This document shows positions 50,929-64,000 of a stretch of DNA of 64,000 nucleotides, piece after piece. The notes under the pieces are model-generated. The model was not told the DNA's origin. It saw only the letters and a program-made list of their open reading frames with translations, and ran no database searches. The position numbers and the translations under genes were made by a program. Source of the DNA: Chrysomallon squamiferum (lineage: Eukaryota > Animalia > Mollusca); NCBI GenBank assembly GCA_012295275.1, contig CM022671.1:12462001-12526000 (forward strand), written 5' to 3'. How positions within the stretch are numbered: the stretch's first letter is position 1; every line of letters starts with the position of its first letter.

Positions 50929-52912
50929 TTGGCATAATATAAATGTCAGTACAAAACGACGAGAAAACACGAATGTATTTAAAGCAGAATGAAACAGTGA
51001 CACAAATCTGGTAACAGGTACCGAGAACTAGAATTCAGTGGGTACTAAACGGCATTTTATTTTGAAAAACTGTTTCACGTTAGTGTGTTAGTTTAAAACA
51101 AGTTATGTAATATCAAAACTGAGTGAATTAACTGACCAGGCTAAAACCAAACTGCCTGCAGTGCATAAGACAATTTCGATTATTTCCTAGCACATTATTG
51201 ATATACATATAAATATATTATTATATTATTAAATGTTTTGTTTAACTGGTTTTTAATTTTTTTTTTCCATATAATATTAAATCCACTTTACCAGCTAATT
51301 TGCTAAATGTTAAAGACGTTTTATTGAATTAAAACTTTTATTTCTAAAATAGAAAACGTAACATAATATAAAATCTACGGAGACTGATCATTCTTATTAA
51401 AACTTTATCTAAACGTTTCTCATAAACAAATATTTGTCATTTCGGTACTAAAATTAGTATAATTACTTCCTGTAAATATTTATTTGTTCTCACGCGCGAT
51501 CTCTGAAAAATATTTGTCTAGTCGCCTTCGTGTTTCATTTCGTACTTGTGAAATAGGACCAATTTTTCATACGTGCATTTTCCCCCATACCCTACCAGTT
51601 CTCGCTTTCTTCACCTACCCGTAAATATGAAATGTATTAAAAACTTAAAAACAAGACAGATTTATCACGTACTGCATGAAAAATGGATGAACACATTTGC
51701 TTTTAGCAAAGCTTATCAGTTGCTAATGGTTTTTAACTAGATAAAGAACTTAATGTATTCGCAGGCCGCAACCTAACCAAGATAAATATGTACAATCGAA
51801 GAGGTTTTGGTCGATTAAACCTGTTCTAGTTTCGTCAGTTCACAGAGAGGAAAACTCGATAACGCGCCATTATCTAAATTAATCTCAACGGTTTCAAATT
51901 ATTCGCACAAGACGAATTGCCGTGAAATGCCGTTGTCGTAGTGGTAGTTCGAAAGTATCAGACTGCATCGTGGACGGACGCATTGCAGCTTATATAATAT
52001 ATTCCATAAATAGTTTGATTTTACACTTTGTCATTCATATATGCACATAATAAAGGCTTCAGATTTTCAGATGAGTGATGTGGTACAATTTGCATCTGAC
52101 ATCAAACTGATTATGAAATTTAAACATAATAATAGTTATATGTACAAGAACTCTGGATAGGAAATGAGACAGCTATAAAAGTTAAAAAATATTTATGGAA
52201 GACAAAGTACGACAAGAATATTAATGAAAAGAGTGATGTAAGTACACATACAGCCATAACAACAACAACAACAACATTATTATCCTCCTCCTCAACAACA
52301 ACTCCAACAATAATTACTATAAATAATAATAAAAGAAAACTAATAAAGAAACGATCAAAAATAACAACGACTAAGAAGACAGCAACATTAACAATGATAA
52401 TGCAAGGCACATTTTTGAAAAAGTAGTATGATGTTAAAACTCCAAGTAATTGAACAGATCTGGCATTTCTAAAAATGTGCGTCACTGCTTCCCAGGCTGT
52501 TCACACACCTGTGTGTCAGAAAGCGTCCGATCAGCCACGTCCTTCTGAATTCTCTTTAATGGTTCTTCTTTATGAGCAAAATAATCATTCTTTTCATTAG
52601 ATGTTGATTTAACTTAAATTTAAGTTGATTAACTCTGGATTGAAATGATATCGGAACCGGCATATAATTTTGTGGCATAATGTTAGTTACAGACTATGTG
52701 GAAAAGACCTTCTGCACAAAATCTGTGAAATTTTGAGCAGTTTATTTTTTCGGATACCTGAAAGAGTAAAAATGTGATCAGTAACTACCATTAAAAAAAC
52801 CTGTATCCCTAAAATATTAACATTTCTGATTTCCTAATTTATTCATACTAAATCATCTAGATTAATTTGACACAAACTGTTTGTTGTATAAGTAGAAGGA
52901 CAGATATGGATT

Positions 52913-52958
<46 letters not shown>

Positions 52959-54318
52959 ATAAAAAGGGTAAACAAATATATATATATTTTTTCGAACTTT
53001 ACCTTCATATATCGATATTTTGCAGAGATATGAAAAACTTACAATGGTTATATCGCCTCAGAATGGGCTCTTAATAACCGAAATTTGTTCAAAATTTAAA
53101 TGAAAAAAGACATTTAATATTTAAGTAAAAATTTAAAAAATAATCATAATCATAACTAATTTTTTTTTTTTTTTAAACTGATAAAAAAAAATCTGTTATT
53201 AGGAGTCAGTCTTCTATTTCCCGAATAAAAAAATTCATTTGGAGTTTCATCGGCTACAAAACAGAAACTTCAGCTATATATTTGCACTATTATTTTATTG
53301 AACACTTCATACAGTTATTTTAAACGTAAACACCAGTTACATCTCTGCACAGCTATTCGCCAGACTGCCCGTGCTGTAAATGAAGATGTAAAATAGCCAC
53401 GCGTTATCTTTTATCTCTTCTCACACACAAGAGTTAATTCTGCCACAATGATGACCCACAATGTTCTTAATAATGGCGCTCACTTCCGGGACCAAGATCT
53501 TTTCTTTATCCAGCAGGTCTCTAGGAACGCGCATGTAATCATCTCATCATCTCTATTATCGTGAGCAAATTGTTTTGCTCATAGCTAGCGACCCAGGGGC
53601 ATACTGTTTGATCAATAAAGAACTGCAGGCATTTCTACGTTTATAAAATTAAATCAACGGCAGAGTTTGCTCAAACTGGTCTTATTTGATGTTCCCCGTA
53701 CCCGGGAGCAAAGCGCTCGAATATGAAGCTCGTATAACAAAACAAATCCGCACAATGTAATACACAAGACACTATTTTCTTTGACTCAAAAGCTAGGTCA
53801 CATTTTTTTTTTTTTCGAATCAGACGTAATAATTTTATTGTCATTGCGTAAATATTCGCCAAAAAATTAAGGTAAAGAAGAATAAAGACAAAGCAATAAA
53901 AACATTTTTTTTTTTTTTTTTAAAACCAGTTGAAGTCTGTTTATATCAACGTCTATTTGCACTGAGGCCTAAAGGTTTTATTTGTGAAGTAAATGTGGAA
54001 ACGTTTAAAAAAAAAAAGATATGAAGAAAACAAAATGAATTTTGACAGTTAATAGAAACATAAGATGTAAACTACGTCACTATAATTTGATTAGAAATAA
54101 ATATTAAAATAATGATGGTCATAAATTTTTAAATTATATTTTGCAGAAATAAGGGGTTATCGTTTTTTAAATTTTTTACTTGTACTGATTCAAAGTAAAC
54201 CGTCAGATATTAATCGATTTTATTTTTTATTTTCTTGTATTAAGTCACTTTTCATTGGCAGTATAGGACTGTCCTTGATTAATATTTGAACAATCATCAG
54301 TTCATTGTTAAAATTCTG

Positions 54319-54426
<108 letters not shown>

Positions 54427-57400
54427 GACAAGTGTTCTATTTTAGTAACGTTTTCTATTAAACCTAACTGAAAAACCAGTTACACAAACATTAACAACTT
54501 TGTCCAGATTATATACATAAGCAGTTTCATTATTCTTAAAGTATTTCTCCAAGGAATAATTCAGTCGTGATAACTGAATTATATAGTCTTCATATTTAAA
54601 TTATATGCATTTTCCTCAAAATGTAATACCTTGGCAGCCTACCAGATATGCGTCAGAAAACACAGTAGAATGAGACACATTATTCGTGTTGTTCAAGTGA
54701 GCTGGTTGCGTCTCTCACCAACCACAAAGCTCACTGGCCTCGTCTGCAGCTCAAAGCCTGAATATTCTTATCAACACAGCGACACATTTATTTTCATTCT
54801 GTATGTGTTTAAGTAATGAGAGACTGAATTCCGAGAAACGCCATTAAAGTGAGAATAATTGATTTTCTGCCTGTATTCATAACTTAAAACAAAATAACAA
54901 AACGCAAATGACAGAAGCTAATTTTTATTAAGTGATATTGCAGGCCTTTCGATAATTCCATTAGAGTTTCGTCACAGTATCAGTCTAGCTACAGATTCTG
55001 TAGTGTATGTAACAAACACGGTGTATGATAGGCAGAGTGCATGATGCGGCTGGCTGGGTGAAAAACCCCGAGGGAAAGTTTTCTAGGAATTCAAATGCAG
55101 AAGCCATGCAATTTATATACACTGAAAAACAACAACCTCTACGTTAGAGAATGGATTTGGAAACCGTCATCAATCCACTGGTTGTATAAAATGTTATTTA
55201 TGTGTTATGTGATACTTCGCGCTCTGGGGGTGTTTCGAACATGTGTTTTCACAGAAACAAAAATGTCTGCAACAGAGCAATAGAAAAAATGTTTCTCGTT
55301 ACACATTTTCAGTGGAAAAAGAACTATTATCGTATTTATGTAGCATAAATTACTCTTTTAACGATATATTAAAACTGACATCGAGAAGTCATTGATACAA
55401 CTTCACACTTGACCACGCCTTGTACAGTTGCTGTGTTATTATCAAATATCACTTTTATTTCTTATTTTGATAGCAGACACTTTATTTTCAAACCTTTAAA
55501 ACATTCTTTATATCGAGGTTTGAAAATAATTCGATATTAAACAACACACAAATATTAAAACTAATTCTGTGACATCAGATTGGTTTTATAACTATTGTAG
55601 GTGGAGCTTTTGATTTTTTTTCCTTTAGATCTTTTTTGTTTATTTCCTTTTTTATTATTTATTATTATGGAGAGTTTTTGTTTTTTGTTTTGTTTTTTAT
55701 CGCGAAATAGTTCACCATTAGTATATCGTTTTCTCTGATCATTTTGCTTTTCTTTGACTTTAGAATCAGCCAATGTTTTTCACAAACAGTATTTTTAAGA
55801 AATGAAATGAGTGGTATTAAAAACAAAGAATTTCAAGGAAAACCACACTGACGTCTAAAAATATTCTGTATCCGCCTCTTTTGATTGGATAATAATAATA
55901 ATGAACAAAATAAAGAAGAATGTCGTGTGACCGTAATATTGGGATGTGTGTGTTTGTGTGTGTGAATGTTTATACTTATGTTACATTACAAACAATATTT
56001 AACTCGGTACAACATAATGGTAGATAAAACAAAATTTAACCCGATTTGCTAATCTTGTTCAGGTTTAAACATAGGTTTAACTCGATACAGTCTTTTATTT
56101 TATTGCTTGTGCAGACATAAAATGTCATATAAAAATGTGTAATTCACTTTAATTCATATAAAGTACAAGTATAAATATAAAGATTTATAGCAATGTAATA
56201 AGTTTTGTTATAACATACATTTAAGGGCTGATGATTTTGTTTACATTAATATTACTGATTAGTGATATATGAACTAAATTCATTTCAATCTGTAACAGAA
56301 CAGAACAATTATAAAAAATAATAAAAGTATTGTTTTAAAATGAATGACGATACTAACTGAAAAACAAACCCCCACCTCCAGTCACTGAGAAACAAACATG
56401 ACTTTTGATGCTTTTTGGCTATATTTAAAAATAAAAATAAAATAAAATAAAAAGTATATAAATAAAGGTATAAAAATAAAGAAATAAAATAGAAATAAAT
56501 AAAAGAAATGAACAAGTGATGACAGAAACAGCTATAACCTCGTTCTAACACTGACTACAAGATAAACAGATTTACGAAGTGGCCAATCTCTGGTAATAAA
56601 AACTGAAGGAAAAGTTCTTCAGCGCTAATGTTAACGTTCTGTTGCGAATTGATAGCAGACAGAATCTGCGCCTGAGGAAAGTTGTTGCAGATTAATTAAC
56701 ACTTTGTTGTTCTGTTGTCGCGAAACACCACGCTTAACAGGCAATCAAAGTCGCGAAAATGTATTATCCTGGAATCTATTCAAACAACCACTGCATACCA
56801 CCATGTGAGTTGAATATGGAACGAAAAGCAGAGGCCTGCAGGTATCTCTCACAGTTCTATTTACGAGAAACCGCCGCGAGCGCGTCTTTGTGTTAATGTT
56901 AACAAGCTATTGGCCCGAGATAATCTCTGTCTTAAGCAGATCTGTAGGACGTCGCAATATTAACTTTGCTTCTCTTTGTTTCTATTGTCAAAGCGTCATC
57001 GTCAGAGCCAACAGCCCACCCAAGTTATATCGACGACCGACCGTACAAACAGCTTTATTGTCTGAATCAACAAAAATCAAAGGGAATGTATCTTGTCGTC
57101 TAATGAGGCGCTCTCAAGTTTTTCTCTTAGCCTGCGATCACTTGATTGAATTCAGCTCGGCGAGGAATGAAGATGAGTTTCGTTGAGATTGCTACTGCAG
57201 ACGACTGTCACATGTCTTGCGCGTCCTCAAATCGTCGAGGGGCAAACGCGTTGAAATGAGCCGAAGAAAGTTCTGTAATCCGATGGAAAGGTTTCTTAAT
57301 TCCTCCTCATCACAAGAACTCCGAATTAGACCCGGAGTATGGATACAATGGACAGAAGAAGATTCAATTTGTATCGATGTCTGATTCTGAAAATGTCGTC

Positions 57401-60400
57401 TGTCGTGAAGCTGGAATTGCGAGGGAAAGCCTAACGACCCTGTTGATGCCACAACAGTGAGACGATCAGCTCGTTTCCGCGGTCAACTGATTTCCGATAA
57501 GTCTCACTAAAGAGACGCTTGTTGCTCCCCTCCACCGGCTGATTGAATTCTGACACTACCATGTCCAACTGCGCGGAATTAATTGTCTGGCCATCCACCC
57601 TTTCTCCGTGTCTTGTACCTCTGTGGTGTTTCAAACACTCGATGTCATCTCTGCGTTGATTTCGTTTCTGTTGTAATTTGAGTGAACATTTAACTAATCT
57701 AATTGAGATGTACTCTGTTAGTGTATAAATCAGTTTTATACGATAGAACGAACGAAACGTTAGTTTAGTTTTCATGCCAACAAAAAGAAATTTCTCAGTT
57801 TCACTTAAATATGTGCTCACATGTAATAAACAACAAAAATTCTAATCAAATATATTTCTATATTATGTATATGTGGCATTTTGAAAAAAAAAAAATATCG
57901 ACGTAAAAAGTAAAAGATACAATTTATCCCACTGTGTGTATGCCTATTATAGAATAAACTGTTCTTTAAAAATAATTATAATGAAAATGTTAATTTTTCT
58001 GTTAATCGTATGATTATATGTCTGTCTGTCTGTATTTATTTGTATATGTATGCGTTGTGTGTGTATGTATGGATCTATATTTGTGTGTGCATGTGTCATC
58101 TCGCTCTCACTCTGGGTCATATATCTCTGTGTTTGAATGAGTGTGTTCGTGTAATAATTATGTTATTAAATGTCTTATAACAAATATTTATGTCTTTTAA
58201 GAACGTAACATAGTTTACTAATCAAAATTAATTGGTATTTCTGTTTCCGTTCTTCGGAAAATGCAACATTATGTTACATTATGATTTGTCAATCTCACAA
58301 ACGTCAGTGCACCCAGTTACACTAGAAAGTTAATTTTGTTTCCATCTACGTTTATTATTATGTAAATGGTATCCATTAGGTTCAAGAAAGCAGCAATGTT
58401 TCTTATATGTAAAGTATTGACAAATCCCTGTAAGTAGTTCGTGAACCTTTTGGTTTATTTAATATCTAAACGTACATCTATTTGTAAAAACTAATGTAAT
58501 CTTCAAGTGAAACAGTTAGGAAAATACATTTTAGAATCGTTGTTTAGTTTTCATAAAATTGCTACATAACATTACAGTGTAGCTCTAACTCCCTCACAAT
58601 AATACTGTCATCTTAGTGTATCTAAAATCTATATCTGTTTTTATCTATTTTTCTCTATCTTATCTTTCTGTCAGTCTGTTTGTCTGTCTCTTTGCTTCTC
58701 TTTCTTCGTGTAGATGTTTGTTCGTATGAAAGCTTATTGTGGCCTACAAAGTTTTCTTATATTATGATTTCACTCTGTAACTTTATTCAACGTTTTATTC
58801 AGAAAAAAGAAATAATTAACACAATACACGGAATAATTTATATATGTATGTATCTATACAAACATGTATGTATATAATTATGTATTATAACTGTAAATGT
58901 ATGTATCCATGTATGAATGTTTTTATGCATGTTGGTAAAGCGTACATCACGGTCCATGTAATATATATATTGAAAAAAAAAAAAAATAATAATAATAATT
59001 ATGAAGTTAAATGAATGTAAATCGAATAAGGTTTTATATATTTTTAAGATATATGTAACAAAAGGTAACAGTTGAGAAATTAACAATCACACCTTAAAAA
59101 CGGTCTCAACGTTTTTTTTTTGTTTTGTTTTTTATAATTTCAAAAATGCATTATTGTGCTGCTTTTGTCTAAAATAAAAGTTTGAAAAGGAAGTTTCTTT
59201 CAATTTGTCGCAGCTGGAGCCGGGCCGCCCCTGGTAAACACAGCTTTATACGTCTCTTTGTGAACCCACTCGAACACAGTGTTAGTTAGGCAAGAGAGAA
59301 AGAAACATGTTTGAGTGATACACTAACATAATAAACCGTTATTGTTTCATAGTTTCTTTTCTCTCTTTTATATCTATCTATATATCTAATCTATGGATAT
59401 ATTACAATATATATACACGCACATACACACATACATACATAAGAAAAAGGTTAACAGGCAAGTTAAAACTTTACTGCCCGCTGAGAAATATCTAGTTCAA
59501 TAATTTTCATTGACCTGAAATTTTCAGGTCAGAATACCAAACTAAACATCTACGTTTCACTCGTGAAGCACACGGATCTCGTGAAAACTGATTTAATCCA
59601 ACAGTTATTTATCAAACAAAAACAATTTACAAGCAGTCAGTGTGTAATTGTTGTATGTAAACATGAAATCCAATAGTGAACTTAATTCCCGCTCATGCAA
59701 TAAAACCAGGTGAGCAGTTTAATCATTTCAGTGCACATTTATTTAAATTATTTATTTGTGTGTATATGTTGTGTATTTGTGTTCTGTTTTTTTTAGTTAT
59801 TGTTAAAAAAAAGTTTTAAATTTTTTAACAAATTTTTGTTACTGAATAATTATATGCACTTTTATGACATTACATACAAAAACAACAACAGCAACATAGT
59901 TAGGTAACACGTTTTCTTTTTATTTCCACGTATCAATCAACCATCTATTACAGGAAGAGGTGTGTATTTAAATAATAAATTATTTATTTTGTTACTGAAT
60001 AATTTATTGTGCTTTTTACTCGGAATTATTCGAATGAAAACTGTAATGTTTTGATGTCCCAATTGTTGTGTCGCATAGTATGTCCTCCAAATAACATTAT
60101 TTTGTGAAAACTTGATCGATATGGTATCCTTCCATTTGTTATACATCCAGTTTGTCACACACATTATTACACACGTGGCTGAGTGAACTGCTGATAATGT
60201 CTTCTACCTGGCAGGCAACAATGGACCCATTTCTTCAACAGTCAGCTTAGGGAATAATCAAAATACAGGGACGAAAATACAACGTTTCTTGTAAATTCAG
60301 TCACATAACACAAGAATAATATGAATTGTCGTATGATATTTAGTACATGTGAGCGATAGATGTAGCACTAGGACGTAAGTTGCAGTATTAGAGCACTTGT

Positions 60401-61332
60401 CTGGACATGAGTTCAGTCAAATTCAGGGTGTGTGACAAATGAAAGCGTCTAAAAGAAACGATTACAGAATAACACACACACACACAAGCAAATGTGTAAA
60501 TAATCAGTGTACGGTCATGTCCTCGAAGTTAAGTTTGCCAGTGTGATCTGCGAATTCAATTTGTGGTTTTATTCCCTGGTTTCTTCGTCAGTGGATAGAT
60601 TCCATTTGCAAGCCTGCGGTTTAAACTTGTACGGTTGTACACCAAACTTGAAGTTCACTTCTTCCATCATCAACAACAACAACAACAACAACAACCTCCC
60701 CCACCCCACCACACCCCACCCCGAAAAAATAGAACCTACATTTGCTATATAAGAATGTTAATATCACAGTACTACGTGACCCAACGGTTCATTAACATCT
60801 TTCAGCTCTCGGAACCGTGTTTCAGATTTGTTTCTATCAGTTTTCTACATAAAACAAGGTTTAGTTTAAATATAAAATAACTGTACTGATAACCCGTGTA
60901 AAGTTTATAACGTTTCTAAATATTTTTCACATTTTTATTTTATTTTATTTTTTTAATTGACGCGCAGTGTCCCTTGCCCAACTGGTGAGTACTTCATCCC
61001 AAAAACACAAACCACTAGCAAACTAGTAATAAATAAATACATGTCTATTAGAAAAGATGGCATAAGACAAAGTTTGAATAATAATGTTGATAATACTAAT
61101 ACTTACACTAACACTAATATTATTATTGTTGATGACGATGAAGAGATGATAATTGTAATATTAATAGAATAAAAGAAATAATGTTAGAAATAATAGTATT
61201 AGTAACAATAAAAAGTATTACTAAAGTAATAATAGTAGTACTAGTAGTAGCAGTATTAATTATAATAGTGATGGTAGTAAAAGTACTTGTAATAGTAATG
61301 GTACTAATTGTATTAGTATTAGCATTATGGGA

Positions 61333-61369
<37 letters not shown>

Positions 61370-64000
61370 GAAAGAACGAAAATGGCTTGTTTTTGGTAGT
61401 TGCCTTAGATAATAATTTCATATGAATGTCACCCTAAATAAAAGATGAGTGGAATATTGGTTCAAGCTGTGAATTATTAAAATCGGCATTCATTTCTCAA
61501 AATGTCATTTAGACCATGGCTTGTGTGATATATAAGCTGGCTTTTTGTAATATGATATCTATTTTAATAGACACCATCTCTTATCTGACTCTGTGTGAAA
61601 ACATTGGGTTGTATTGTTCCATGTTCTCATTGTTTCTCCATTTTCAATGCCTTCTCAGAATGATGCAGCTATTAGTCTGAATTGTTGATGTGCTGTAATA
61701 ACGGTGATTTCACCGTAATGACAGTGATGTGCTCATTATTGTTTTATTTTTGTCCTAGTTGTCTTTTTTTTTTGGTGCATATGTTAAGGAGACGGTTCGT
61801 GAGAATGGTGCATTTTAGTCTGATGTTTGAAAAAATATTTTATCAGTTAAAATTGTAAGGAGTTGAGAGTGTTAATTGAATGATTTTTGTAAAAACAGTG
61901 GAAGAAGAATGGAAATATCTATAAAAGTATTAAGAAAAAATATCCATATATTAATCGATATTTAATTCTCATTATATATCAGATGAATATAAGCAGTATT
62001 AATTAAGTGAATATAAGTAGTATTAATTAGGTAAATATGTTAGTAAGTAAAGAAAGAAATAAACGATTACTAGATAAAAATATCGCTATTTTATGGTTAA
62101 ATTTCTATATTACAAACAAGCAAAGTAACAGAAATAAAACTTAAAGGTGAAAGAAGATGAGCAAACAACTATATCTGTAACTAAACAAAATAATAAAAGA
62201 AATGTTCTAGGGAGTTGTCTTGGCCCCAGCCAGCAGATGTCTGTTGTCGCATTTTCTGCATACTCGTTACCTAGCTGCTCCTCCAGACTGGATCTGAATC
62301 CCTTTGGTCCTCTTTACCTTCTCGATTCCTTGGATGAAGTCTACAAACTTATAAATGTTTGGGGTACAGTTCATGTCTTTGGTTTGTGTCAAGAGCCCTT
62401 TTAACACTGGACGTAGGGAGGGCAATATCATCATTGTAGATCTTTTTGCATGGGTGCGATTTCGTCACTCGCCCGCAGACAGATGGTGCATTTGAAAAGT
62501 ACTGCGAACAGTTCTGTTCATTTGCAAATAATTACGTGCCTTGATTTCGTGAACAGGAATTGCTCCATTGCATTAATAATTTTAGAAAAAAGAAAAGAAA
62601 AAAGAAAGAAACTTCTCTATGCTGTAATCCTACAGTTTATGAGAATAAAAATTAATTGTCATTGTATTGTCTTTAAAAATTAGAATATGCCAGATAAGAC
62701 TGGATCCAAAAACAAAACGCAGCGATAATACACTGGATTTATACAAGTAAGATTAACTCGTTCAGCTACGAGGTAGATCAGTGTGTGAGCTCTGATTTAA
62801 CTTCGACAAGAAGCACATTTTTATCAGCCTGAAGAAAATCTTGTTTAGCTCATAGCTTATCTGACACCGAATTATATCTTCAAAACTTTGTCTGATTATT
62901 AAAATTAATTGCAGGTATGAAAATCAGAAGACATTAAGCCTGGATTTGGATGTATTGTAGAGTAAGACATCAGGTTTAGAACTGACAAGATTTTTCAATT
63001 ATACTGAAGTAAAAATCGTACTGAATTACGTTTTTCTTGCATATCTGGAACGTTTAGCTCGGGAATCAAAACATTTACTGATGGATATTATTACTGTTCT
63101 TTTTGTTATATGTGTAATGAATTTAAATAATTTTATTCTGATTGAAAATAAAGAAAAGCAGAAAACTTACATTATTCTGTAAGCGAACGCTATCTATCAT
63201 GAAAATTTACTTTTAAATTATTTGTCTCTTTACCAGTATCTTTTATTCTGTCTGTCAATCACTGAATCAGTCTACTGTCTATAATGTGACTGCTTATTTG
63301 TTCTTTCTGTATATCAGTTTTTCTTTTCTTTCTTTTTTCTTATTTATTATTAATAATATTAATTTAAAATAAATAAATAAATAGCACTAGACTCTTAAAA
63401 TAAATAAAACTACCATTATATTATGTTACAAAATATATATACAAATCGATCAGTACTTCTAATTTTAATATTCAGTATTTTGTTTGGTTTTTAGACTCTC
63501 GAGATATGCACTTGTAATAATTGTAATAACTGTTTCAAGAATTCTTTTAAATTCTATATATCGACGTTTTATCAACAACATCATGACTTTTTCGTCAACG
63601 CTATGATGCTAAATAAAATTATTAGTTCCAGTACAGACCACTTTTATCAAGTCTATCGGGATTTTTCATCTCGGTGTGGCGATTCACCGACTCCTATCCA
63701 CAATGAACCGAAACTAATCGTAGGCTGTTTTGTTTTTTCCTTTTTTGTTGTTAGTGTGTGGGTTTTTTTGTGGTTTTTTATGGTTTTGATTGTTTACTGG
63801 TATTTTAAACAGTTTTTTTTTTCTTCTTCGTTTAAAAAAATATTCAGAATAAATATGTGTGAAAACTAAAATATTAATATTTTCTAAGTGAAGGGAAATA
63901 AATTAATGAAACTAGAACAAAGTAAAATAAAATAAATTTTAAGTAAAGAAATGAAAAGTTGAAGATATAAATTAATAAATGACTTAGTAAATATGGAGGT

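Noticed and set aside
55926-55990. Partial resemblance to miR-2001 (tgtgaccgtaatattggg)
   Set aside because: Several mismatches to the mature sequence as I recall it and only a weak, GU-dependent hairpin.
59571-59594. gtgaaaactgatt matching the 3' part of bantam miRNA
   Set aside because: Seed region does not match and there is no convincing precursor hairpin.

Overview
AT-rich, microsatellite-rich, intron-containing animal DNA. A lophotrochozoan/mollusc origin is inferred from gene content and was not verified. Genes reconstructed by hand from splice signals and reading-frame continuity: (1) 3' end of an unidentified + strand gene (1-430); (2) a minus-strand micro-exon gene (CDS 7833->3775, 147 aa) for a small secreted Gly-rich protein that the ORF track almost entirely misses; (3) an adjacent minus-strand gene (CDS 17645->11289, about 1417 aa) for a secreted, cysteine-free N/S/Q-rich protein; (4) BRAP, 15 coding exons (19177-28782, +); (5) a single-coding-exon atypical protein kinase (minus, LND in place of HRD, DMG in place of DFG); (6) a single-coding-exon Cys-rich secreted or membrane-anchored protein with an internal ShKT-like module (45036-46961). 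About 47-64 kb has no recognisable coding gene. The best candidate for an undescribed system is genes 2 and 3. Both use only phase-1 coding introns and share acidic/aromatic motifs (DMPDIAYY, DAPDAFFY, MADMDIPY) and a GGM(M)PI motif near the C-terminus. Gene 2 is also interleaved with opposite-strand copies of its own intron and terminal exon.
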